Source of the DNA: Malacoraja senta
Lineage: Eukaryota
NCBI GenBank assembly: GCA_038087875.1
Contig: JAXLNO010001028.1
Span: 1-64,000 of the forward strand
Length of the DNA stretch: 64,000 nucleotides
Reading direction: 5' to 3'
The position numbers and the translations under genes are program-made. Shown here in pieces: positions 24,851 through 37,500 of the stretch. Position 1 is the first letter of the stretch. Each line of letters begins with the position of its first letter. The notes under the pieces are model-generated. The model was not told the DNA's origin and made no database searches. It was given only the letters and a program-made list of their open reading frames with translations.

Positions 24851-25854
24851 ACCCCTAAATATGTTCACTATTCTATTGCAGAATCTCCAATCTCTCCCTC
24901 AATGTCAGCAAAGTGAATTTAAAGGAGGTAGTTATCGACTGCTGGAAGGAAGATGGTGTTCTAGCCATAAGCTTCTGGGATGCACCGCAGCGGCAGAAGC
25001 AAATTACCACGGATCGACCAGGCGGCCGCCGAGAACAAAGATAGACTCGGCCGGTCGCCTGTAGCCATATGTGCCGGCAGGTTTGGTTCGCCGGTGTGAA
25101 GAGCAACCCGGTGGAAGCTGCTGAGCTTGGCCCCGAAACCCGGAGAGTCGTGGAGGAGGGAACCGCTGCCGCCGACGGACGCAAGGAGTGGGCCGCTAAG
25201 AGAGGGACTGAGGTATTACCTCCAGGATAGGGGTTGCCTCCCGGGACACAGAGCCAGTTGGGCGACGAGAGGGACGTCAGTTGGCGGGCCGAGCTGGTCG
25301 AGGGTGACGGAGGTGGCCCCCCTGGCAATGAGCTAACCTGGATCGGGGGTCTCCAGTAAATCCAACATACAGACCGGACATTGGACTTTTTCTTTTTCTT
25401 TTGTAAATACTGCCAAATTATGGCGACGGGAGCAAGAATTTCACTGTGCAGTGCACAAGTGACAATAAAGAATCATTGACACATTGAAGTCAGAATCAAT
25501 AGTGTAGAAGTGCGAGTGCTGAAGTGGGAATGGTGAAGAACTTCAAATTCCTCGGCATGAACAACCTGTTGCATTTTAGTCACTGGGGCAGAACTTTGAA
25601 AATAATGAACGTTTAACAATCCATCTGCAGCACTGATTAGAAACATAGAAAGCAGGTGCAGGAGTAGGTCATTAGGCCCTTCAAGCCAGCACCGTCATTC
25701 AATATGATCATGGCTGAGCATCCAGAATCAGTACCCTGTTCCTGCTTTCTCCCCATATCCCTTGATTCTGTAGCACTAAGATCTAACTCTCCCTTGAATA
25801 CATCCAGTGAATTGCCTCCACTGCCTTCTGTGGCAGAGAATTCCACAGATTCAC

Positions 25855-26978
25855 AACTTTCTGGGAGAAAATGTTTTTCCTCATCTCAGTCCTAAATGGC
25901 CTACCCTTTATTCGTAAACTGTGACCCCTGGTTCTGGACTCCCCCAATATCGGGAAATTTTTTCCTGCATCTAACTGTCCAATCCCTAAGGAATTTTATG
26001 TCCCTAAGGAATTAATAAGATCCCATGTCATCCTAAATTCCAATGAATATAAGCCCAGTCAGTCCATTCTTTCATCACATGTTTGTCCTGCCATACCGGG
26101 ACAATAAATATTTTACTTTTTTATGAACAATATCCTTGATTTTATTGCTTTAAAAAAAAAATTCTGTTCCAGTCCCACCACTAAGATTTTTGCTGTATAA
26201 TTGTTTGGGTCCTTTCCGCCTTCAATCAATTGAAAGCCAGAGTGGTAAAGAAGCCATTATTCATAGCATTGAGTATAAGAGTCAGGAAGTCATATGCTGC
26301 TTTATGGAACTTCAAAGATAGACACAAAATGCTGGAGTAACTCAGCGGGACAGGCAGCATCTCTGGATAGAAGGAATGGGTGACATTTCTGGTTGAGTCC
26401 CTTCAGGCTGAAGAGGAACTTTCTGGGAGAAAATGTTTTTCCTCATCTCAGTCCTAAATGGCCTACCCTTTATTCGTAAACTGTGACCCCTGGTTCTGGA
26501 CTCCCCCAATATCGGGAAATTTTTTCCTGCATCTAACTGTCCAATCCCTAAGGAATTTTATGTCCCTAAGGAATTAATAAGATCCCATGTCATCCTAAAT
26601 TCCAATGAATATAAGCCCAGTCAGTCCATTCTTTCATCACATGTTTGTCCTGCCATACCGGGACAATAAATATTTTACTTTTTTATGAACAATATCCTTG
26701 ATTTTATTGCTTTAAAAAAAAAATTCTGTTCCAGTCCCACCACTAAGATTTTTGCTGTATAATTGTTTGGGTCCTTTCCGCCTTCAATCAATTGAAAGCC
26801 AGAGTGGTAAAGAAGCCATTATTCATAGCATTGAGTATAAGAGTCAGGAAGTCATATGCTGCTTTATGGAACTTCAAAGATAGACACAAAATGCTGGAGT
26901 AACTCAGCGGGACAGGCAGCATCTCTGGATAGAAGGAATGGGTGACATTTCTGGTTGAGTCCCTTCAGGCTGAAGAGG
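25855..26978. repeat. Exact 562-bp tandem duplication
   Basis: 25855-26416 repeated at 26417-26978; no differences seen, including a 10-A run; 2-bp AA microhomology at the junction. Confidence 0.9.
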
Positions 26979-28377
26979 AAAGGGAGACATGGAGATAAGG
27001 AAGTGTAAGGTATGAAAGAATGACATCAAAGGAGATGTAGTTCAAGGAAAATGTAGAATAGATCATTGTTAGCTAGGAGAGGGTGTGAACGAAGCAGACA
27101 GATAATTTTTAATCAGGGGGGCAGTCAGACTGGTCGGAGAATAGAACTTCAGATAGGCGACTTTTAGAATATTATCGGCATTTCTAGTTGCCCCAATGCA
27201 GGATGAATTTGGAAGCATGGAATTAGTGCAGAGGTGGTTTGCCAGAATGATGCACAGATTAGATATTAGCTAGAAGGAGAGGTTGGACAGACTTAGATTG
27301 TAATCGCTAGAATGCTGGAGGTTGATAAAAGTATATAAAACTATGAGAGGCATAGATGGGATAGAGAGTCAGAAACTTTTCCACAGGGTGGAAAGTAATG
27401 GAGAGCATAGTTTTCAGGTGAGTGGGACATGGTGTAAAGGGCCATGTATTAATAGAAGGCTCAATGAGAGATTTCTGCACTGATGTTGAGACTGTGCTGC
27501 ACGTTTACACCTAGACACAACTTTAAACTGAGCTCATGTCTCTCCTCCCAGCTGAAAAAAGAGACGCATGGTATTACCTCAAATAAGGGCTGGGAAATTA
27601 TTACACATGCATTGTCCAATTTTTATTACTTAAGCAATAACAGTAAAGTGGACTAAAGACAGACACAAAAATGTTAGATGGAGCTCTAGGGGCTGGTGGA
27701 ATCAAGGGATATGGGGAGAAGGCAGGCATTCATTGGGGACGATCAGCCATGATCACCATGAATGGCGGTGCTGGCTCCAAGGGCTGAATGGCCTCCTCCT
27801 GCACCTATTTTCTATGCTTCTAAAAAGATGGAGTAACTCAGCAGGTCAGGCAGCACTTCTGGGAAAAAGGAAAAGGTGACGATTTGTGTCGAGACCCTTC
27901 CCGAAATGTCACCTACTCCTTTCCCCCAGAAATGCTGCCTGACCCGCTGAGTTACTCCAGCTTTTTGCATCTGCCTACAGTAAAACAAGCATCTGCAGTT
28001 CCTTCCTACACAGTAAAGTAGACTATCTGGTTTATCTAAAACTGCAGTTTGTGGAATTGACTGCATTCTGAATTGTAAAATAGTTATACTTTGAGAAACA
28101 TCTATTCGGTTGTAAGATGCTATGTGAAATATGATTTTGTAATTGTTGTCCTTAAAACACCAATATAATCCCTACCATAAAACCTGATCCTTAAACTGTA
28201 TTCACTGGTAATTAGTGACCAGAACAAGTGGTCTCATTCCCATTGTTATCAGGTTTGTGTACACATGGACCAATAATTAGCTTCACAGCAGAGTTCTGTT
28301 AAAAAAGTACAAGAGATTAAGTTACTGTTGCTGCATTTACTCTCCTGGTTAAATAGTGCTGTGGGCGGCTGTTAAAC

Positions 28378-28429
28378 ATGCTTCTTTTTACCTTACTCAA
28401 CACTTACGGTGTGGCCACTGTCTCCTCTG
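28378..28429 (+). CDS. MHC class I-like leader exon (MLLFTLLNTYGVATVSS-D)
   Basis: ATG, hydrophobic signal-peptide-like 17 codons, phase-1 gtaagc donor; G+AT joins in frame to a1. Confidence 0.7.
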
Positions 28430-28729
28430 GTAAGCAATGCTCCTTCTACTTGTGAACTTTGAGGAAACAACAAAACTGATTCTATTTACTGTTGCACAGT
28501 CCCTGTGTTTGCCCTGGGTACATTGTCTTGGATGTATTAATTGAATGATTGAATTGAATGTATTAATAATTTTGGGTAACGGTCTTTCCTTAGTTGTAAA
28601 GGCTCCTGTGGGAAGTTATATACACTATGGTTACCTTGGCAATCCAATGAACAGAGGAACTGAATACAGGTAAATAATGAACATAGAACATAGGACAATA
28701 CAGCACAGGAGCAGTTCCTTCAGTCCTTC

Positions 28730-28763
28730 AGTCTGAAGAAGGGTCTCGACCTGAAACGTCACC
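28730..28763 (+). ncRNA. Minimal hammerhead ribozyme motif in MHC intron 1 (sense)
   Basis: AGT-CTGAAGA-A-GGGTC-TC-GACCT-GAAAC-GTC-ACC; G.U wobble at the base of stem II. Confidence 0.55.
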
Positions 28764-29459
28764 CATTCCTTTTATCCAGAGATGCTGCCTGACCTGCTGA
28801 GTTACTCCAGCATTTTGTCTACCTTCGCCCACAATGTCTGTGCCGAACAAAATAAACTAATCTCCTCTACCTGTATGTGATCTGTATCCGGCCATTCCCT
28901 GCCTATCTATGTACCTATCTAAAAGCCTCTGAAATGTAACTGTTATATCTGCCACCACCATCACCACCACTGGCAGCGCAGTACAGGTGTCCACCACCCT
29001 CCACATAAAACAACTTGCTCCGCTCATCTCCTTTGAACATTGCTTCTCCAACCTTAAAGTGATGTTCTCTGGTCTTCAACATTTCCACCCTGGGAAAAAG
29101 GTTCTGGCTGTCCACTCTGTCTGTGCCTCTCACCATGTTATGCACTTTCATCAGGTCTCCCTTCAACCTCCAGTATACAAGAGAAAACAATCCATGTTTG
29201 TCCAATCTGTTCTTGCACTAATACCTCAGAGAGAATTCAGGTAAACCGGTGATGTGCACTTTCAATAAAGAAGTGACTTCTGCATTAGTAGGTGTTCCAC
29301 CTCTCCAAGATTTCCTCAGCTGGTGTTAGACACCCACATGATGGTAAAATTCAGCCTGCATCAAATGACAAATCAATGTTGTGTTAATGTTGTTGCCATC
29401 TTGTTGTTTGTTGCATGCTTCCTGTACTGCAGACCCTATCCATTACATCACCACCACTT

Positions 29460-32330
29460 CCATATAACCATATAATCATATAACCATTACAGCACGGAAA
29501 CAGGCCATCTCGGCCCTTCAAGTCCGTGCCGAACACTTTTTTTTTCCTTCCCCCTTCTTTCTTCTTACTTCCCCCTAGTCCCATCTACCTGCACCCAGAC
29601 CATATCCTTCCATTCCTTTCCCGTCCATATACCCATCCAATCTATTTTTAAAGGATAAAATCGAACCTGCCTCCACCACTTCCACTGGAAGCTCATTCCA
29701 CACAGCTACCACTCTCTGAGTAAAGAAGTTCCCCCTAATGTTCCCCCTAAACTTCTGTCCCTTAATTCTCAAGTCATGTCCCCTTGTTTGAATCTTCCCT
29801 ACTCTCAATGGGAAAAGCTTATCCACGTCAACTCTGTCTAACCCGCTCATAATTTTAAAGACCTCTATCAAGTCCCCTCTTAACCTTCTGCGCTCCAAAG
29901 AATAAAGCCCTAACTTGTTCAACCTTTCTCTGTAACTTAGTTGCTGAAACCCAGGCAACATTCTAGTAAATCTCCTCTGTACTCTCTCTATTTTGTTGAC
30001 ATCCTTCCTATAATTAGGCGACCAAAATAGTACACCATACTCCAGAATTGGCCTCACCAATGCCTTGTACAATTTTAACATTACATCCCAACTTCTATAT
30101 TCAATGCTCTGATTTATAAAGGCCAGCACACCAAAAGCTTTCTTTACCACACTATCTACATGAGATTCCACCTTCAGGGAACTATGCACAGTTATTCCTA
30201 GATCACTCTGTTCAACTGCATTCCTCAATTCGCTACCATTTACCATGTACGTCCTATTTTGATTTGTCCTGCCGAGATGTAGCACCTCACATTTATCAGC
30301 ATTAAACTCCATCTGCCATCTTTCAGCCCACTCTTCCAAATGGCCTAAACCTCTCTGTAGACTTTGAAAATCTACTTCATTATCCACAACACCACCTATC
30401 TTAGTATCATCTGCATACTTACTAATCCAATTTTCCACACCATCATCCAGATCATTGATGTACATGACAAACAACAGTGGACCCAACACAGACCCCTGAG
30501 GCACCCCACTGGTCACCGGCCTCCAACCTGACAAACAGCCATCCACCATTACTCTCTGGCATCTCCCATTCAGCCACTGTTGAATCCATCTTGCTACTCC
30601 ACCATTAATACCGAACAATTGAATCTTCTTAACCAACCTTCCACGAGGAACCTTGTCAAAGGCCTTACTGAAGTCCATATAGACAACATCCACTGCTTTA
30701 CCGTCATCAATTTCGCTAGTAACCTCTTCGAAAAATTCAAGAAGATTAGTCAAACATGACCTTCCAGGCACAAATCCATGTTGACTGTTCCTAATCAGAC
30801 CCTGCTTATCCAGATGCTTATATATATTATCTCTAAGTATCCTTTCCATTAATTTGCCCACCACTGACGTCAAACTAACAGGTCTATAATTGCTTTGTTT
30901 ACTCTCACAACCCTTTTTAAACAACGGAACAACATGCGCAGTACGCCAATCCTCCGGCACTATTCCTGTTTCTAATGACATTTGAAATATTTTTGTCATA
31001 GCCCCTGCTATTTCTACACTAACTTCCCTCACTGTCCTAGAAAATATCCTGTCAGGACCTGGAGACTTATCCATTTTCATATTTTTCAAAAGTGTCCGCA
31101 CCTCCTCTTATTTGAATCTCATAGTTTCCATTGCTACTCTGCTTGTTTCCCTTACCTCACATAATTCCATATCCTTCTCCTTGGTGAATACCGAAGAAAA
31201 AAAATTGTTCAATATCTCCCCCATCTCTTTTGGCTCTGCAGATAGCTGTCCACTCTGACTCTCTAATGGACCAATTTTATTCCTTGTTATCCTTTTTCTA
31301 TTAATATAGCTGTAGAAACCCTTTGGATTTACTTTCACCTTACTTGCAAAAGCAACCTCATATCTTCTTTTAGCTTTTCTAATTTATTTCTTAATATTCT
31401 TTTTACATTCTTTATACTCCTCAAGCACCTCATTTACTCCATGCTGGCAATAATTATTGTAGATCTCTCTCTTTTTCCGAACCAAGTGTCCAATTTCCCT
31501 TGAAAACCATGGCTCTTTCCAATTTTTACTATTTCCTTTCAACCGAACAGGGACATAAAGATTCTGTACTCTTAAAATGTCACCTTTAAATGTCCTCCAT
31601 TTCTCTACTACATCCTTCCCATAAAACAACATGTCCCAATTCACTCCTTTTAAATCCTTTCGCATCTCCTCAAAGTTAGACTTTCTCCAATCAAAAATTT
31701 TAACCCTAGGTCCAGTTCTGATCCTCTCCATAATTATATTGAAACTAATGGTATTGTGATCACTGGACCCGAAGTGCTCCCCAACGCCCACCTCCGCCAC
31801 CTGCCCTGTCTCATTTCCTAACAGGAGGTCCAGCACTGCCCCTTCTTTAGTAGGTACCTCTATGTATTGCTGCAAACAACTATCCTGCACACATTTTACA
31901 AATTCCAAACCATCCAGCCCTTTTACAGTATGTGTTTCCCAGTCTAAGTGTGGAAAATTGAAATCTCCCACAATCACTACCTTGTGCTTACTACTAATAT
32001 CTGCTATCTCCTTACATATTTGCTCTTCCAATTCTTGCTCCCCATTAGGCAGTCTATAATACACCCCTATATGTGTTGCTACACCTTTCCCATTTCTCAG
32101 TTCCACCCAAATAGCCTCCCTAGACGAGCCCTCTACTCTATCCTGCCAAAGCACTGCTGTAATATCTTCCTTGACAAGCAATGCAACACCCCCACCTCTT
32201 GACCCTCCAATTCTATCACACCAGAAGCAACGAAATCCTGGAATATTTAGTTTCCAATCACAGCCCTCCTGCAACCATGTGTCACTGATCGCCACAACAA
32301 CATACTTCCAGGTGTCAATCCAGGCTCTAT
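29460..32330 (-). mobile_element. Near full-length CR1-type LINE ORF2 (APE plus RT), frameshifted, in MHC intron 1
   Basis: APE motifs (AISDTW, GGGVALLV, VGDFNFP, LDLLL, SDHN) in 31384-32334; RT in 29575-31101 (YADD); (catataac)n tail. Confidence 0.93.
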
Positions 32331-33004
32331 CCACGACTTCCCCAGAAGACGATAATGAGATTTAAGAAGCTTGAGGATAGGCACGTGGATATGTAGGGAC
32401 TTGAGGGATATGAATCATGTACAAGCAGTTTAGTTTAACTTGACATCATGTTCGGCACAGACATTGTGGCTGAGCTCTAACCCATTACACCCTTAATGAA
32501 CAAAAATATATCAATCTAAATCTGGAAATTTTCAAGTGGGCGACATATTCAACAGATTACAGAATCGAGAACCAGAAGACATAGGTTTAAATTGAGGGGG
32601 GGGGGAGATTTAATGGGAATCTGATGAGCAATTTCTTCCCACACAATGCTTCCTTTCTAACTATTCTGACAATCGTGAAGGCTTGGAGATTACAAACCTA
32701 CTCATCCTGAAAGTTTAATCCCATTGTTATCAGATGAAAGTAAATATAAAATGGTGATTCCCCTGTTGAAATAATAACATATAAAACAAAAATCCTTGGT
32801 TGTGGAGTGTTTTGGGAAGTCACGTGGATTTTATCATTACTGTATTCCACTAGCCTTCTTATGTTTCTCCTGGTAACACTGAAACAGACACTTCTAACTC
32901 TCCCTTTGGGGCCCCTTCTCACCTCACTTTGACACTGAACTTTGACACTGTCTGGTGTGCTGCATGGAAACTTTATCACAGAACAAATACTGCTTATTCA
33001 TGTA

Positions 33005-33545
33005 GAAACAAGAAAATGCAGATGCTGGTTAATACACATAAAATGCTGGAGTAATTCAGCAGGTCAGGCAGTATGTCTGGAGAACATGGATAGGTGATGT
33101 TTCAGTTTAGACATCAGTTTAGATGTGTAAGAAGGAACTGCAGATGCTGATTTAAACCGAAGATAGACACAAAAAGCTGGAGTAACTCAGCGGGACAGGC
33201 AGCATCTCTGGAGAGACGAAATGGGTGATGTTTCGCGTCTAGACCCTTCTTCAGACTGGTGATGCAGATGCTGGTTTACACCGAAGATAGACACAAAAAG
33301 CTGGAGTAAATCAGGAAGTCAGGCAGCATCGCTGGAGAAAAGGAATAGATGGCGTTTCAGGTCAAGGCACTTCTTCAGACAGAGTCGGAGGTATATCTTT
33401 TATTAATTTGTTCTATGTACCTTTTCATATCGCTTGGTTCCCTGTCTCCTGATTCTCAGTCTGAAGAAGGGTCTCGACCCGAAACGTCACCTTTTCCTTT
33501 TCTCCGGAGATGCTGCCTGACCCACTAAGTTACTCCAGTATGTGT
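33005..33545. repeat. Cluster of three tandem Penelope-end arms plus one inverted arm
   Basis: Repeated gcagatgctgg...gatagacacaaaa...gctggagtaactcagc...ggcagcatc units followed by the reverse arm carrying the intact hammerhead motif. Confidence 0.75.
33458..33491 (+). ncRNA. Minimal hammerhead ribozyme motif in MHC intron 1 (sense)
   Basis: AGT-CTGAAGA-A-GGGTC-TC-GACCC-GAAAC-GTC-ACC; core intact. Confidence 0.68.
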
Positions 33546-33926
33546 CGAGTTTCAGTTTAGACCCTGTTTATTATAGTCTGCTCCGACCCCACCCCCACCC
33601 CCCACCCCACCCAAGCCTTGATAGTCGGGACTCATCAGTAAGGTCTTCTTTACACTTACTGTTACAGAATCCCAATGTCCTCATAAGTCAGAAGTGCCCC
33701 ATTCCATGCAGAGATTTCCCACCAGATGGGCATTTCAGGGTTGCAGCTCATAGAGATGGTGCCTATGAGGACCTGGACTCAATCCCGATCTCTACTACAA
33801 CCTGTGTGGCACTTTTATTCTTTCCCTGAAACCATGTGTGCTTCCTCTGGTTATTCCAGTTTCTCCCAATATTCCAAAGATGAGAGGCTGAGAGGTAAAT
33901 TGGCCAGTGTGAATTGATCGTACATA

Positions 33927-35455
33927 CTGTGACCTCCATAATGTTTCGGACAAAGACCCATCATATATTTATTTGCCTCTGTACTCCATAATTTGAGATT
34001 TGTAATAGAAAAAAATCACATGTGGTTAAAGTGCACATTGTCAGATTAAAAAAAAGGCAATTTTTTAAACATTTTGGTTTCACCATGTAGAAATTACAGC
34101 AGTCAATTTACATAGTCACAAAATACATAGTCTGCCCCATTTTAGGGCACCATAATGTTTGGGACACAGCAATGTCATGTAAATGAAAGTAGCCATGTTT
34201 AGTATTTTGTTGCATATCCTATGCATGCAATGACTGCTTGAAGTCTGTGATTCATGGACATCGCCAGTTGCTGGGTGACTTCTCTGGCGATGCTCTGCCA
34301 GGCCTGTATTGCAGCCTGTGCTTGTTTTGGGGGCTAGTCCCCATTCAGTTTTCTCTTTGGCATATCAAAGGCATGCTCAGTTGCGTTCAGATCGGGTGAT
34401 GGTCTTGGCCACTCAAGAATTAACAATTTTTTAGCTTTGAAAAACTCCTTTGTTGCTTTAGGATCATTGTCTTGCTGTAGTATGAACCGCTGGGCAATGT
34501 GTTTTGAGGCCAATGTGTTTGAACTTGAGCATATAGGATGTGTCTATACACTTCAGAATTCATTATGCTGCTACCATCAGTAGCTGAATGGTCAACAAAG
34601 CTAAGTTAGCCAGTACCTTCAGCAGCCATACATGCCCAGCCCACAACACCCCCACCACCGTGTTTCACAGATGAGGTGGTATGCTTTGGATCTAGGGCAG
34701 TTCCTTCTCTCCTCCATACTTTGCTCTTGGCATCACTCCGATATAAGTTAATCTTTGTATCATCTGTCCAGAAGACCTTTTTCCAGAACTGTGGTTGCTC
34801 TTTTAAGTACTTCTTGGCAAACTGTAACCTGGCCATCCTGTTTTTGCGGCTAAACAGTGGTTTGCATCTTGCAGTGCAGTCTCTGTATTTCTGTTCATGA
34901 AGTCTTCTGCGGACAGTGGTCATTGGCAAATCCACACCTGACTCCTGATGAGTGTTTCTGACCTGTCAGTCCCTTTGCGATTAGTAAAGGATTGGGGTTT
35001 TGTCTTTATTATAGAGAGAAGTCTTCTGTCATCAGCTGTGGAGGTGTTCCTTGGCCAGCCAGTCCCTTTGCGATTAGTAAGCTCACAGTGCTCTCTTTCT
35101 TCTTAATGATGTTCCAAACAGTTTGATTTTGGTAAGCCTAAGGTTTGGCTGATGTCTCGAACAGTTTTATTCTTGTTTCTCAGTCTCATAATGGTCTCTT
35201 TTACTTTCATTGGCACAACTCTGGTCCTCCTGTTGATGAACAGCAATAAAAGTTTCCAAAGGTGATGGAAAGACTGGAGGAAAGACTAGATGCTGAGTTC
35301 TCTTATACCTGCATTAAGGAGGCATTTAAATACCCCTGAGCAATTACATACATCTGCGAAGCCATGTCCCAAACATTATGGTGCCCTGAAATGGGGGGAC
35401 TATGTATAAACACAGGTGTAATTTCTACATGGTGAAACCAAAATGGGCAAAAAAT
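33927..35455 (-). mobile_element. Tc1/mariner transposon remnant with long inverted repeats
   Basis: TVRRRLHE...ARCKP...WTDDTK...VKHGGG transposase; inverted repeats ~34070-34168 and ~35365-35445; TA before the left end. Confidence 0.85.
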
Positions 35456-36042
35456 GAATACATAAGTTTAAAATGAGGGGGGAAAGATTTAATAAGAACC
35501 AGAGGCATAGCTTTGGTGGGAGTACTGAATGAACTGCCGGAGAAGGGAGTTCAGGCAGGTACTATCGCAACATTTAAGAAACATTTAATCTGGTACATGG
35601 ATAGATAGGTTTAGAAGGATATGGGCCTCCTCAGACAGCCGTGGAGCCCACGTCAATGGATATTTCTCAGGTGGATATTGACAGATTCTTGATCAGTATG
35701 GGTGTCAAGGGTTATGGGGCGAAAGCAGGGAATGTGGTTGAGAGGGCGAGATAGAGCAGCCATGATTGAATTAGGCCATTCAGCCGTAGGCCCTGATTCC
35801 CTGCTGTATGACTCTTTGACTTTACCTCTCTATGATTTTATAAAATCTCCTTGACGTTGTCCATTTTCTTAATATAATAAAATATTCTTTGAATTTTGGA
35901 ATATTGTAACTAGTAGGCTGTATCGACATGATAGATAATAATAGATCTTTGAAGATGGGAAGCAATCCAATAGGATCATTCAATACCTCGACCACAATTG
36001 GTGGAATAGGTATCAGAGCCCATCTAGCCAACTCTTGTAGAA

Positions 36043-36362
36043 GGCTCAGTGGTGCAGCATTAGAGATGCTGCCTTATCGCCCTTACAGCACCAATGCCCA
36101 GGTTGGATCCTGACTACGGGTCCTGTCTGTATGGAGTTTGTACATTCTCCACCTGACCGGGTGGGTTTTTCCTGAGATCTTCAGATTCTTCCCACATTCC
36201 ATGACGTACAGGTTTGTAGTTTAATTGGCTTGGTGTAGAATGTAAATTGTCCCTTGTGTGTGTAGGATAGTGTTAGCGTGTGGGGGTTGCTGGTCAGTGT
36301 GGACTCAGTGGCCCGAAGGGCCTGTTTCCATGCTGTATCTCTAAGCTAAAAACTAAACTAAA
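36043..36362 (+). mobile_element. HE1-like SINE, full length, ~190 bp upstream of the a1 exon
   Basis: Head, body, tail ending (ctaaa)n. Confidence 0.8.
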
Positions 36363-36552
36363 GGCTCCTGACACAAATTGTCACCTGATCATTGATGCTG
36401 CCTGCCCCACTGAGTTCATCCAGCACTTGCATCTGCAGGTCCTTGTGACTCCCTTATTCAAAGTTATTGTATTGTTATCAGTTTTAGCATTAATAACTTA
36501 GTTATTTTCAGTGAATGATACAATCATACTTATTTTTGTTTATGCATTGCAG

Positions 36553-36821
36553 ATTTTCACCATCTTGCATTTTACTACCTGTTGAACCATGGATTGAGTG
36601 TGCTGCCTGAGTACAGTATGGTATGAGTACAGTACAGTTGGATGACCTCCAGATAGCATATTTTGACAGCACACTAGAGCGGGCTATTCCCAGACAGCGA
36701 TGGATGGCCCAGTCTTTCCCGCAGGATCAATGGGATTCAATGGCCATCACAGTTGCAGGTTTTCATGGGATTGTCAGAGGAAATGCTGAGATAGTCTACC
36801 AACAGCAACATGGTATCTCGA
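36553..36821 (+). pseudogene. MHC class I-like a1 exon with 8-bp frameshift
   Basis: ttgcag acceptor, gtaagt donor; DFHHLAFYYLLNHGLSVLPEYSMV [TGAGTACA] VQLDDLQIAYFDSTLERAIPRQRWMAQSFPQDQWDSM... Confidence 0.85.
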
Positions 36822-37074
36822 GTAAGTGTCGTGACCGGACCTGGGGTAGACACCCAGTGATGGCACAAATGGATTTTGTTTTAGTTTTGTTGCTGTCACA
36901 TGATTCTCTGATACACTTTTTTTGCATGTTAGTCAATCACATCAAAGAAAACTATTCATAAATACAATCAAACCAAACTCGTACAATAGGTAGAGCAAAG
37001 AGTGCAGAATGTAGTTCTCAGCATTGTAATGTACCAGTGCCAGAGACAAAGTCCAGTGTCTACAATGGGGTTGA

Positions 37075-37500
37075 GGTGAACCCTAGCATAAGGGAGGACT
37101 GTTCAGAAACCTGATAACATAGGGGAGGAAACAGTTACTGAGTCTGGTGGTGCACGCTTTAATGCTTACGTACCTTCTGCAGGAAGAAGAAGGAATGACC
37201 AGAGCGGGATGAATCTTTGATTATGTTGTCTGCTTTCCTGAGCCAGTTGAAATACAGATGGATTCACTGGTGGGGAATCATGTTTGTGTGATCGATTGTG
37301 CTACATCTCCACCTCCCTGCCATTTCCAGCGGTATTGGGCAGAACTCTTTCCAAACTAAGTTGTGATGCAACCTGTCAGTGTGCTTTCTATGGCACATTT
37401 GTAGAAGTTTGTAAGAGTCATTGGAGATGCCGCATTTCCTTAGTCTCCTGAGGCAGTAGGGGAACCAGAAACTCTCAACCTTTTTCACTTCAGCACCATT
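37075..37500 (-). mobile_element. Rex1/Babar-like LINE RT C-terminal remnant
   Basis: YCLRRLRKCGIS...NFYKCAIES...ITTWFG-type sequence across broken frames. Confidence 0.65.

Noticed and set aside
28080-28377. Classical MHC SXY/ISRE/kB promoter module
   Set aside because: Only a CCAAT (~28270) and a GGGCGG (~28363) are visible; no convincing ordered module.
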